A DNA stretch of 64,000 bases from Octopus sinensis (taxonomy: Eukaryota): the NCBI RefSeq assembly GCF_006345805.1, contig NC_042999.1:171864001-171928000 (forward strand), given 5' to 3'. Of this stretch, positions 1 to 12,930 are shown piece after piece. Within the stretch, counting starts at the first letter, position 1. Every line of letters starts with the position of its first letter. The notes beneath the pieces are model-generated. The model searched no databases. It had not been told where the DNA came from and saw nothing but the letters and a program-made list of their open reading frames with translations. The translations under genes and the position numbers were made by a program.

Positions 1-199
1 AATATCATCGACAAATTAAGAGAGAGAACTTGCAGTAGATGGGTTAATCGGTTACATTTACTTTAGTTTTTGATCGGTTCTCTAATCTATACAATGGTTT
101 AACCCAAACAGCCGATGTTCGAGGCTTTTATTAATGATTTTACATTGAAATGCATGCATGCATGTGTATGGACAAGCGTTTCTAATTCTAAAATAAATA

Positions 200-396
200 T
201 CGGGTTCAAATTTTGACACGAGCCCGGTAAATCTATAATATCGATCACTATATTCAATTGGTACTTATTTTATTGACCCCGAAAAGATGAAAAGCAAAGT
301 CGACCACAGCGTAAATTGAAACTAGAATGCAAAATCGAAAGAAATGCCGCAAAGCATTTTGATGGCGCAGTAATTATTCTGCCAGGTTACCGCCTA
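200..396 (-). mobile_element. Decayed SINE, family B (tRNA-like head; gtcgactttgcctttcatcctttcggggtcga core)
   Basis: gtacttattttattgaccccgaaaagatgaaaagcaaagtcgacc... is the reverse complement of the core seen at 27629, 28919, 37176 and 46369. Confidence 0.7.
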
Positions 397-2489
397 ATAG
401 TAGGACAAAATATTTCTATGATTTACGCGACTGTCGAGTTTTGAAATGAAATATCTTTTGCTTTACCTCTACCATTTATCATTCCCAGCGGTGACAATAA
501 ATATGGGTATCAATCGATTTAATTGACTATTCTCTTCTACTAAAATCTGTAGTCTTTTTATCCCCAGTTAGACGTTATTATATTTATTGGAATTAGAACG
601 AACAGCAGAATTCCAGGAAAGTAGAGTGCCGGGTTAAATGTTTTCCAATATTTACAAATATGGTTGTTCCTAAATTGATTGGGTTTCTGATGATATCTGT
701 GGCTTCTATGAATTGAATAACAATTATCTACAGGGAGGAATTAAAATTATTTCCACTGCCTTAAAATTTGTAATCGTATGTCTATGTGAAATATTACTAT
801 ATTGGAAATATTCCCAAGAAAGAATATACGTAATGAAGTATCTTTAAACATTTTCCTATTATAATCTAACAAGGTTGATTTAAACCTTATAGTTATTCTT
901 TGTGTAGTAGATAATATATCGGTGAAATATCAGGGTCAACTCAAACGACTGTAATCTTCTCTTCAGGTGTTTGGGTATTTCCTCCTTGGATTGTTTTAGT
1001 AGTTTGATCAATGCGGTACAACACCAGATAGAATATAGAAATGTTGTTGTCATACTTCTGGGTAGATCTCATAAAAATTGTTACTGTAAGTGATATGAAA
1101 TATTTATTTCTCTTGCTCGAATAACACCTCCTATGCACATCTGAATAATGATAACAAGTCATAGCGAATTGAGATGTGGAACTTTGTAATTATATATTTA
1201 TAAACTGTGTTAAAGATTATTGACACTTACGTTTCAATATTTTAGCTGTAGATATAAATCTAATTTTTTTCTCACTGTTTAGGCTAGTCGTTTCATATTT
1301 TATAATAGAAAAAAAACAATGTGTACGTGTGTGTGTGTGAGTGTGTGTGCGGGTGGTCGGGCGAGTTGTAACGAAATCAATGGGATTGTTTTGATTAAAA
1401 TTAATTGCAAACAGAAGTCTACAGTTAGTATAGGAAGAATCCGCATTATTGGTCAAAGCCATAGCAATGTCATTCATTTCATTCAGAGAAAATTCAGAAA
1501 TATATTATGAAGAATAATTACTTAGTTAAAATCCATGACGTTTCTAAAGTGAAATTCTCCTTTAAACAATGTCGCGTTACTTTTAACATATTTAATGCAG
1601 AACGTATTAAACAGATAATTTGAAACAATTTACGACGAAGAAAAGATATCAAATATTAATAAAATTATTATGGGTAGTAAGAGAGACGACGCCAAAAATT
1701 TCTGGGGTTATATGACTTCATCAAAGAACTATAAACTTCATTTTAATTAGCAAAGTTGTGATGGTAAAGTCACAAAGAAATTATATGCTAACATAAACTG
1801 AAATAAAAAATAAAAAAAGAATTTTCAGATAAAAGTTATTTAGAGATAAAACAATCCGGAAAACATCATTAAATTTTAATATGATTAGTGTGGTAAGAGT
1901 GCAAGAAGTAAAATCGAGATTTTCTTTTAAATTTAACTGAACAATTGTCCTTATTGCAGATGATGGCGTCACTGAAAGATTTGGGAATTATATTAAATAA
2001 CAAATTCGTTTCAACTTCGAATCATTTATAGCTAAGATAATGTTAACACATTTAAAACAAATAAAGTTACGAAGCTAAATGAGGAAAATTATGCGGGGAA
2101 AACTACGTGGCACTCTTCAGGATATGATTTGATAATGCATTTAAGTGTGCGTGTGTGAGTGAGTTTCAATAAAAAAAATATTGTGTAGATGTCAGTGCAT
2201 GAGAGAATGTGTATAAATGCATGCATGCACACGCGGGCACACACACATACACACACACGCACACAAAAATGTACACATGCAGAGACACACTCACAAATTC
2301 GCCTATATATGTATATACGTGTGTATGGTTGTATATATACATATATGTGTATAGGGTGGGTGGAAATTAACTAGGCATTAGAAACTGCTTATAGAATCTT
2401 TAGTATCACTAGTCATGATAGAAATATTTTTTAAATAGAAAAACACTAATGGTGAATTTTTATTTTTTATTGTCTTATTACAAAACCAT

Positions 2490-3645
2490 CATAATCGGAA
2501 CTGGCCAAATACCTTGAAACAACCAATGATTGGATGCTAAAACCTGTTGAAAAATATGAAAGACCGAAAAAAAAATCACTCTATTCTGAAAGAGAACAAA
2601 ACATTCGCTAAAGATCTCTTAGATATCCACGACATTGATCAGGTTGAAGGCAATGTGCCAAATGCTGCTGCAAAGAAAATAATATTAATAGCAAAGAAAA
2701 AAGCATATGAAAAATTAGCTAGAAGATGGGAGCAGAAACCTCTGCATGGCAAGCATGTGGCCCGTAGCAAATAAGGTGATGTCGATTAGAAACACACGCA
2801 TCAATGGATACGAAGCTCACAGCAAAAGGCAGAGAGTAAGGGTTCCATATTAGCTGCTCAAGACCAAAGCTTATTAACCCGGACCTACCAAGCCAATGTG
2901 ACAAAAAGATGGAGCTGACCCAAAATGACGATTCTGTAACGATAGATTGAAACTATAGACCACCTAATCTCAGGATGTAGAGTCTTAGCACCTGTAGAAT
3001 ATAAAGCAAGGCATGACAGAGTCGGCCAGTATTTACACTGGACAATATGTCGGCATTATAAAATCAAAACGGTTGACAAATGGTATAAACACCATCCTGA
3101 AGCTGTGACTGAGGGACAAAATGTGTCGATTCATTGGGACTTCCCCGTACATACCGACAAAACTATAAAAGCTAATATACCGGATATTATTATAAAAGAT
3201 CAGACAAAAAAGGTGTGTTTATTAATTGACATTAGTATTCCTTGCGATCACAACATAGCGGCGAAAGAATTGGACAAAATCAATAAATATAAAGACTTGC
3301 TAATCGAAATTGAAAAAATGTGGCATCTCAAGGCGACTACAGTACCAGTGATTGTAGGATCTCTAGGAATGATAAAACAAAGGTACTGAAACCTTCCCTA
3401 CAGGAAGTGCACAAAATCGTGCTAACTCGAACGACTCATGTACAGCATTATCGCCGTGAAAACAACATTCATTCATGAATTTATTTATTCATTAATTTTT
3501 TAAATACATATTGTATTTGTGTGTGTAATCTGGGAATGCACACAATGTGCTTCTCTGCCCTAGGTGGACGGAAATCACTCGGCGAGAAATGGTAGAAAAT
3601 TTGAAGAAAGAAAGAAAAAAATAATAATGATAATAATAATATGGA
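2490..3645 (+). mobile_element. 5'-truncated, frameshifted R4/Dong-clade non-LTR retrotransposon (C-terminal zinc knuckle + restriction-like endonuclease)
   Basis: Peptides WEQKPLHGKH, AAQDQSLL, ETIDHLISGC...YKARHDRV..YLHW, WDFPVHTDKTIKANIPDIII...LIDISIP...KINKY...VPVIVGSLG match the CCHC + PD-(D/E)xK C-terminus of R4/Dong ORFs; ends in a (TAA)-like run at ~3620-3642. Confidence 0.85.
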
Positions 3646-3899
3646 TGTCTTTAAAATGTTCTTATTGTTTAACTTCGGCAAATAAACACATGTACAATAT
3701 ATTCGTTGTCCACTCCAACTTAATTATTGTTCTTATTTCAATGTCCTTTGAAATATTTCGTGAAACATCCTATGACCACTTCTGTCACTCTCCACCCCTT
3801 GTGTCGGCTGTTCTTTGTTTAAACGATCAAAACAACTTAAGGAAGCCACCTACGCATTCACATATTTTGTTATGTTAACTAAATACAGTACCTCTTCAA

Positions 3900-5330
3900 T
3901 AGGCTGTTTTCTCTCTTCTACATATCTGTGACAAAATCACATTTGAAACAACCTAAACTTCATAAAATAGCCTAAACAACCACATCCATCAACATACTAA
4001 ATTACAGTTCATGTTATTCAATAACATAATAATTATCATGATAGATACTACAGAACTTACACTTAACAAAATATTTATAGACACATCAAAAACCATTACC
4101 CAGAAGGCTAGTTAAGATACATAAAACCTTAACGAAACAACTGAAGTTCTCAAACTAATAAATATTAGGGCAAAATGAAAACACATCAACAACATACTCA
4201 ATAGAATTAAGATTCGACATCAAACAACTAAATACGGAAATAACAAAACAATGGATGAATGGCAATCAGAAACTGGAAAACTTCTGTATTGAAAGCGAAC
4301 TACATACTAAAAGTAAAATTTCTTTATAAAGATAGCACATCAATATGTTACAATAACTGTTTCAAGTAATATACTCACAATCCAATTGTAAGCGAACTCC
4401 TTTTCAACTATTTTTTCTTTTGAAAATCATTCAACAAAATCTACAAAGAGAAGACATAACGAGAAAAGGCTATATAACCCTTCTTTCCAGTACTCACTAG
4501 ATGACTATTAATGAATTCCAGTGACTCAAATCGGAGATCGACAATGTCACAACCATAAACCTGAACTAATTATTTCAATTTATGACGACTTCAACTACTG
4601 CTTCGCTAACATCAAAACACAGGAAGCTAAAGAATCCGGAAAATATCCTAATTATAAAACGTCTAAAGCACAACAAAACCTCTGTTTCATGATAATGGTT
4701 CAGTTGATTGTATTCAGCTATCTTACAACTTTACAAATCTCACACAAATATTAAACGATGGCTTGAGCAGTAAAATAGAATGCAATAAACTGAATATACC
4801 ATTCTAATCAGAGTCAATAATGTCGTTTGACAAAATTTCCTATTCGAAAATATCAACAAAAATACAACACGCCACTGTATAAATTGTAAAAACGTCAGTA
4901 AATGTTAGTGTAATGTCTCAATTCAACAATACGATGAAGAGTATTATAATTTCATATTTAGAAACTAAATTAAAAAACTGAAAGTATGGTAACGAGCTCT
5001 CTTCTGTCGCATTTGTTATATATCTATTGACAAGAGAATAAAGCACATCAGTAACCATAATATCCACCTACACATTGAAATAATAGCATAATAAACACTC
5101 TTGAGATATACATCCTTAGAGATTACAGAAAGCATACGACTACTGTGAATTTACAAGCAAGATCAGATCAATCAATTCCGAGATACGAGCACCACAACCT
5201 AATGATGCTTGTGACCACACTGGACATTAAATTCGATAAGTATACCCGTTGCGCACAATATTAGAGAATATGTTACATTGGATGTCACAATGTACTTCGA
5301 AACAATGCATTGACCTGATATCAGGAGCAG
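3900..5330 (+). mobile_element. Highly decayed A-rich LINE remnant (possible)
   Basis: Strong A-rich strand bias; IYDDFN (APE GDFN-like) near 4580 and LQKAYD (RT KAFD-like) near 5125; no long ORF. Confidence 0.35.
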
Positions 5331-5331
5331 C

Positions 5332-5368
<37 letters not shown>

Positions 5369-5514
5369 TCACATTTATACACTTATGAGACTAACTTCGC
5401 GTGACGTCGTTGAACAGGCGTAACTTTTTCATTTGAAGTATTAGAAATACATGATGAAATAACCACCTCCTTGATATGAACACGACTTTCTTGTAACTCA
5501 TATGTAGTCGACAG

Positions 5515-5577
<63 letters not shown>

Positions 5578-5633
5578 TGTGTGTATGTGTGTGTGTGTGT
5601 GTGTTTGTGTGTGTAAATATATATATATATATA

Positions 5634-6045
5634 TGGCTGTGTGGTAAGTAGCTTGCTAACCAACCACATGGTTCCGGGTTCAGTCCCACTGCGTGGCATC
5701 TTGGGCAAGTGTCTTCTGCTATAGCCCCGGGCCGACCAATGCCTTGTGAGTGGATTTGGTAGACGGAAACTGAAAGAAGTCTGTCGTATATATGTATATA
5801 TATATAAGTGTGTGTGTATGTGTTTGTGTGTCTGTGTTTTTCCCCCTAGCATTGCTTGACAACCGATGCTGGTGTGTTTGCGTTCCCGTCACTTAGCGGT
5901 TCGGCAAAGGAGACCGATAGAATAAGTACTGGGCTTACAAAGAATGAGTCCTGGGGTCGATTTGCTCGACTAAAGGCGGTGCTCCAGCATGGCCGCAGTC
6001 AAATGACTGAAACAAGTAAAAGAGTAAAAGAGTAAGAGTAAAGAG
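5634..6045 (+). mobile_element. SINE family A (tRNA-derived head, internal TA/TG microsatellite, LINE-like 3' tail)
   Basis: A-box-like tggctgtgtggtaag, B-box-like gggttcagtccc; near-identical copy at 48520-48937; tail ggcggtgctccagcatggccgcagtcaaatgactgaaac followed by (gtaaaaga)n. Confidence 0.9.
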
Positions 6046-6140
6046 TAATATATATGTATATATGTATATGTGTGTGTGTGCGTGTGTTTGTATGTGTATT
6101 TAATATTTTGGCCTGACGAGTATATGTCGATCAGTGTATG

Positions 6141-6474
6141 GGTGTACCTAAGACCCAGACTGCAAAATAGATGCAACACACAATGCTGGACGGAGTCCTA
6201 CCTATAAAGGACAGTAGCAGGATGGCAAAGTTTCAGCTACTTGATATCATCCACATTCGAGGTCTCTTTCTGTTGGATCTACTTGAGGAACTCCGCAGTG
6301 TTAGTTGAGATAATAATAATAATAATGCCTTAAGCAACGAGAAGATTGATTTAATATTAATCTTTATTTTGTACAACGTTCATCTCGATCCATCCTGCTA
6401 CTGTCCTTTATAGGTAGGACTCCGTCCAGCATTTTGTGTTGCATCTATTTTGCAGTCTGGGTCTTAGGTACACC
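6141..6474. repeat. Near-perfect 85-bp inverted repeat with ~164-bp spacer
   Basis: 6141-6225 is the reverse complement of 6390-6474 with about one mismatch. Confidence 0.95.
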
Positions 6475-6623
6475 ATGCATACATAAAGTTGTGTCTCGCT
6501 AAACATCCTGACTTTAGGCTGTCATATTTTTATATGCTCGTTCTACAAAATAAAGATTTCTACAAAATCTGTTTTCGTTACTTAAGAAATTCTAGCAGAA
6601 TGTATGTATGTGTGAGTGTGTGC

Positions 6624-7721
6624 GTGTGTATAAACGACAGTGAACAAACGATACGAAATAGCGCTGAACATGATATGATATAAAACTATTTTTAACAGGT
6701 TGAACTTGAAATACTACCCAATGCTTCTTGGTGCAAGAAAATACAACGAGCCATGATGTACAGTGTCAAAATACGGATAAATGAAAATGGTTTTAAATAA
6801 GATTATTGGCAGTTGTCCTTTGGGTATGAAGCATTACTTTAGTAGATTCATTAAACAGCCCACGTCAATATTTGGTGTATTAGTTGTTCAGGTGTCCGGG
6901 AATACAGTTTAATAGAAATAGTTTTGTTATGAACAAATTTGTCAGCTTAATATTTCAAAACTCAGTAACATACATTATTACTTAGGTGGGGGACTGCTTT
7001 TTGTGAAAATAGCACTGTTACAAATTTGGCCGTGTCAGATGGCATAGCACTTGATGAATCCCATATAACTATGCGTTATGTATTTGTGTATGGATAATGA
7101 AGAGTAAAAATGATGATATACATCAGTGTAATGAAGTCCTTTTGGAAATGCAGAAGACTGTTAAATTTGCAAATCTCACTGTGATAGATAATGCATAGTT
7201 ACAGAAGAACCAGCAGCTAATCTTATGTGCGTTGACAGCAATTTCTTTAATAAGTTATCTTGTTGATGAACACTGTGGATTGTTGCATATTAGGCACAAT
7301 TTCACTAACACAGAGTCGACAATTACAAACTTCATGAAAGGGTATAAGAAATGACAACAATGGTCCATGAGATGCAGAATTGCTGGGTTTTGAGATATTA
7401 AGCTGGCAAATTTGTTCATAACAAAACTATTTCTATTAAACTGTATTCCTGGACACCTGAACAACTAATACACCAAATATTGACGTGGGCTGTTTAATGA
7501 ATCTAAAGTAATGCTTCATACCCAAAGGACAACTGCCAATAATCTTATTTAAAACCATTTTCAATTATCCGTATTTTGACACTGTATATCATGGCTCGTT
7601 GTATTTTCTTGCACCAAGAAGCATTTAGTAGTGTTTCAAGTTCAACCTGTAAAAAATAGTTTTATATCATATCATGTTCAGCGCTTTTACCTCTCGTTTG
7701 TTCACTGACATTTATACACAC
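6624..7721. mobile_element. Fold-back element with ~345-bp inverted arms and ~410-bp spacer, bounded by (TG)/(CA) tracts
   Basis: 6624-6968 aligns with the reverse complement of 7380-7721 with scattered substitutions and small indels. Confidence 0.9.
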
Positions 7722-8149
7722 ATACACACATATATGTGTATGTTTGTGTTTGTGTGTGAGTGTTAAGTCACAGATATTTGTCATTTTATACACCCCCTAT
7801 CGTTTTCTCGTAGAATGATACATTAAGGAGGAAGTGTGGTGTGGGGATGCATATTTATCTTATCCCTGGAATTTATGGAGCAAAAATCCTTTTTGTGTCA
7901 GTCATCGCTTGACTTCACCGGCTGTTATATTAATGAAGGTACTTTTGATGCAAACGGTACGACGGTAGCTCTTTACGAGAGCAAATTTTATATTGATGAC
8001 ACCTGGTAGAATTCACAGAGTAAGATATAAAAAGGAATCTGTTTGGCTGTGAGTTTCCCTCTCTTATAGTAAAAAAGATCTCGCATAAGTATTTTTAGCT
8101 ATCACAAATATCTATTTCTGTTTAAACAGCGCTTATGCAGACAAGTATC

Positions 8150-8765
8150 TCTGGTGGAAAAGGGACAAAATATTACAGGAACAATACATAATTGTTCTTG
8201 ACAGATTTAGAAGTTCAGATTTATGAGCAAACCGTATAAACCCCAACAACTTCAAGAGATATTAATTGGCAACTACAAGCGATACGTTGTTGACGGTTTT
8301 ATATCTTCGATACTACGTTTTGATCAAATTATTTATTTCGTCAAAATAATGAATAGCATAAATAATAGTATTCAATAGACCATACGCAAAAACGCAGACC
8401 TTTTATGGATATTTTAGTCAATAAAATTGACACAGACATAAAAATAGACATTACTTCAAACCAGCATACGAAAAACAATATTTGATTATTAATAATTGCC
8501 ACCACGAAACAGCCAAGCAAATACACAGTTCAAATTTGAAAGAATAATCTGCTCAATTGCATCTCTTTCAGAAACACTGGATAGACGACGTCAAGTGTTG
8601 AAATATTAAGGAAATTACAATTTGAAAAGTAGTAACAATCAAAAATAATTAAGGACGGGATACAACGAGTCGGGGATAGTGAGGTAAAAGCTACCAATGA
8701 AGAAACAGACATCTTACAAAGCTTTCTTTCATGTATCAAAACACGGCCTATCAAATCTAGGAGCA
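8150..8765 (+). mobile_element. Decayed Penelope-like element reverse transcriptase fragment
   Basis: Reads YKRYVVDGFI (RYVDD motif) at ~8274, then PFMDILVNK and YFKPAYEKQYLIINNCHH, resembling the PLE RT/thumb consensus FLD...YRKPT..YL...S.HP. Confidence 0.7.
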
Positions 8766-8846
8766 CGCTATATCTTTCATATATTCGAATGTAAGTACAT
8801 ACGTACGAACATATATACATATATATACTCGCGCATATCCATACAT

Positions 8847-8885
<39 letters not shown>

Positions 8886-10148
8886 TGGGGGGGGGGTGAG
8901 GTTACTTTCAGATCTTTCCGTTAATAAAGTTCCATTCACTAACTTTTATCTACCTTCCAGAAATGCTGCTTGTTGGAGTAATTGTTTCGCAGTTAAATGA
9001 TTTATTTCTGGGTTCATATTGTCGTAGTACGATTTCAGTCTGTATACGACAGCACGATTTTGTTTTGCTGTTTTATAACAGTTAAATAAATCAGTTTTCA
9101 TTTCATGACTAGAAGAAAAATGACTTCTGAAGTTAGTATTTCTATTATAACTACACCTAAAAAGAATCTATTTACCTTTTCAGCTGTTGTTTCCGTTCTG
9201 TTCTTCGGTTGTGTTGTTGATGTTGTGTTGTTTGTAGTAACTCTCAGCATGGTAGATTCAAGTTTCGGTTGAATTTTTGGTCGAAAATCACTACGATCGT
9301 GGATAAAAGGCTCGCTCAGTTAATTCAGTTGAAGATTAACCAGTTATTTAGAAGCGCTGATAGTTGTGGCTTCGAAGTTGGAGACAGTATTCATCGTCCT
9401 TTCGATAAATAGTCTCCCACGCCAAATATGTGACTTATCACTGTGGGTACTTGTTTGCGTATGAATGTACGTATGTATATATGTATGTATGTATGCATGT
9501 ACGCATGCATACACACACACACGCACACACACACACACACATACACATATATACTTCTTGTCTTTTATTGATATTTGAGCTTCAGCAAACACTCTTTTAT
9601 GGGATTTCGTAAGTGTCATACCCAATTTGCTGCATTGTTAATCCGCATATGTAGCGCTGACATAAGAAGCTGACTATAAAACGGTCTTTGTCGAACGGAT
9701 ATGGAAGACGAAAACTAAAATATGTGTAAATAGTGCAATCGTATGGAAGTCTGCATATACAAATGAATAATGCAATCATGTTTTATCATTACACATGTTT
9801 CAGATAAACAATGCCGAATGATGTAACGGTAATTATATAATGAAGTCCAACAATACTGTAAATGTTTGTACTAATATGCTTCATTCAAAACTCGTACAAA
9901 TACATACACTTAAAATATTGCTGAACTGCACTACAAAATATATATTTGTAACGAAACAACAGTAAAGTTAAGACGTAACTAAAGCCTTTATTTGCATACG
10001 CAAATTTTTGTTATTACACTTCCTTTCTTATATACCCTCTATCTAGTTTGTTTATTGTATTTTGTTTTGTTTCTATGCACGTATATGTACGTAAGTGTGT
10101 ATGTGCGCGCGTATCTGTGTGTATGTAGGTATACTTGTATATACATAT

Positions 10149-10196
<48 letters not shown>

Positions 10197-10226
10197 TATA
10201 TATTATATATATATATATATATATAT

Positions 10227-10530
10227 GGAGGCGCAATGGCCCAGTGATTAGGGCAGCGGATTAGCGGCCGTAGTATCACGGTTTTGATACCCAAACCGGG
10301 CGTAGTGAGTGTTTATTGAGCGAAAACACCTAAAAGCTCCACGAGGCTCCGGCAGGGGTGGTGATCCCTGCTGTACTCTTTCACCACTCTGTCTCTCACT
10401 CTTTTTCCTGTCGGCCTGCTCGCTTAGCCAGCGGGGTGGCGTCATTCGAAGGCTAAAACAATGCGAGCGCATTATGACCAGCGATGTGTAGCAACATATG
10501 ATGGTCTGGTCGGTCACGTGACGTGATCAC
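10227..10530 (+). mobile_element. SINE family C (tRNA-derived), inserted in (TA)n
   Basis: ggaggcgcaatggcccagtgattagggcagcgg A-box-like start, B-box-like ggttttgataccc, GC-rich body, short tandem cacgtgacgtga tail. Confidence 0.7.
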
Positions 10531-10999
10531 ATACATATATGCATATATACTTATGAATGAATAATTCATACAGATGCACACACACACACATATGTATACA
10601 TGCATATCTGGAGGCGCATGTGTGTGTATATATATTTACGTATATGTACCTTATCACACATAATTTCTTAAACAAATATACGTAACATGTGATACATTCC
10701 AAGTGCTTGGTAGTTTCCTGAATAGACACAAGCGTAAAATGTTGCTACAATGTGACCATTTTGTATAAATTCTGTTATGAAACAAGTAGAGAATATGGCA
10801 ATTTTCACGCGAATTTTAGACTTGTAGTGAAATTTATACTTCAAGGGATGTAATTAACAACGTCAAACGAGAATTTTTATTCTTTCAAAAATATACACCA
10901 TTTGTATATTACTTATTTTTGGAATGTAATTTTATGGATGTATTCACAAAAATGTATATAAAGAACTTTGTAGAATATATCTTCTTTGCAATTTCAGCA

Positions 11000-12930
11000 A
11001 AATTTATGATGTTAAGGTAAATTATGATGAAATACTGTATATTCCTAACTATGGCTATCTGGAAGGATGATTTCTTTACAAATGATGAAAAATGTTTTTC
11101 TAAACTCATGATTGTGACTCACAACCTATAATTAGCTCACTTAAACCTTAACATCACTTCATTTTATTTTAAATATTATCTATTTTCCTTAGATTATGTA
11201 ACATGCTGGTTATATAAACTTTTTGGTTCACATAATCTTGGAAACAGTTTGCTAAGATTTACTATTTTTGCATTATTACATGGGAAAAGTTAGTTTTGCC
11301 ATTATATCGATTGATACGTGTTGAAATTCTACTGGGTAAAGAAAATGGAACTAAGATGGGCATTTTCCTAGAAGTTTATAATTAGATCCGACTGAACTTG
11401 TTATTGCAGTGATATTTATAAGTCTTCTATATATTGTGATTCCAGAAGTGTTTTTATTTTTCAATCCACGAATGAGTAAAACTTATCATGTATGCATCAC
11501 TACTTATTATCTAACACAAGACTTAAATACCCTACAGTTGCAGTTTGAGTAAAATACAGAACATCTTTGAATGTTAACCACTTGTTGAAATTAGTAAAAT
11601 GCAAGTTTGTAAACTGAAGAGTAGTTCCGTAAAATGAATGTGTTGTGTAACGGATAACAATTTCCATCTAAAACCAACCGTTATTGCTACCTTCGTTTTC
11701 TTAAGACCTCGCTTTATATGGAATACTGTATCAATGAAAAAATACGTAAATGTAAAGGAATTCTCTGTTCCAAGCTGTGTAAGGATACATGTCATTGAGA
11801 ACTTTTATATCTCGGTGACATGTACAAATCAGAAAAGGAAAATTGTGATTCTTGGCAATAAAGGAATCTAAAGTTTTGAAATTTTTTTTTTTTTTAGCTT
11901 TGATAACGTTATTGATTTCTATCTCAAGAATTAACTGCACTAAATAAAAATTTAATGTTTCGTGATAAACAGATATGTTTGGAGCACGGAATACAGGGAG
12001 ACGAATGCATAAACCCTCCTAGAAAGACGTTATATACTAAATTATGTTACATTGATGGGCTCATATGAATATGAATGTCTGTAGAGCAATATCAAGGATT
12101 TTTCCCGGTAGAAAGGTTCTATCAGCGCATGTGAAGCTTTATAAAAACACTCTCTCCAGAATGTGTTATTGGACAAGACATTTAAGCAGTAGGGAAATAT
12201 ATTCAGCTAAAAATGGATGTTTTATCCTGCATGTGAGATAGAAGCAATGTGCTCTACAAACACATGGTTGAGCAAGATTATATCTATTTCTCATTGAATT
12301 TCTCACGGGATTACATTGTTTTTCTCCAGTATTGAAAATAATTCGTTTTATATGAACCTGCAATATTTTGCAAAGTTTTGTTCCCCTGACTGTGTTAATG
12401 ACCTTTGTTAACATTGTGACGTGGTTTATTTCTAAAGTTATTTACACCGCTGGCAATTGATTGCTTCCATATTAAGATGCGAGGTCGTGCGCTATAAGTT
12501 CAAAATACTGAGCTGTTCTGATAAACGAGTAGTAGTTCATCGATCCTTTAAATTGTGCTTCAAATGTTAATACTAAAAAGAATATACATTTAAAGAAACC
12601 AAACTTAGTGCCTGTTAGTAGAAAATTTATCGAACGGCTACATAACAGAGTATGTTATATGAGGAGCTAATGAACGGCAAATGGAAGCCTACTTCATCTT
12701 TTAGTACCTCCTCCTACAGCACATATCACGCATATAAACATGGACTTAGATTATCTGATGATAGTGAAATGTTTAAGAAACCTTTTTGACTTTTTCTGTC
12801 AATAAATGTACCATGTTCCTAAAATTTTGAAGTAATTTCGATATTTTAAATTGTTACTTACACCCAAAAATAGCGTGGGAAAACGCTGTTTTGCAAAAAT
12901 AACCTAAGTATATGTGTTTGGCATTTTGTC
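11000..12930 (-). mobile_element. Decayed hAT-type transposase remnant
   Basis: Minus strand gives frameshifted DE-TT..SEQLSI (~12510-12545), CVCRAHCFYL (CxxH motif, ORF 12166-12414) and an RW motif (ORF 11574-11795) in the expected order; boundaries approximate. Confidence 0.5.

Noticed and set aside
945-970. Minus-strand ctgaagagaagattaca, resembling the 44-kb hammerhead 5' half
   Set aside because: No matching atcttc-gaaac half found downstream
1550-2120. LKDLGIILNNK and ADD motifs suggesting a LINE RT relic (similar weak hints at 17450-18250 and 19860-20340)
   Set aside because: Isolated short motifs without supporting frame
5391-5852. Long ORFs rich in YI/HT/CV/LSIY (also 20436, 39247, 39365, 44393 and others)
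   Set aside because: Translations of (TA)n, (CA)n, (TG)n and (TCTA)n repeats and SINE bodies, not genes
12752-12778. ctgatgatagtgaaatg looks like an HHR core
   Set aside because: No stem II or stem I pairing; lies in the hAT remnant region
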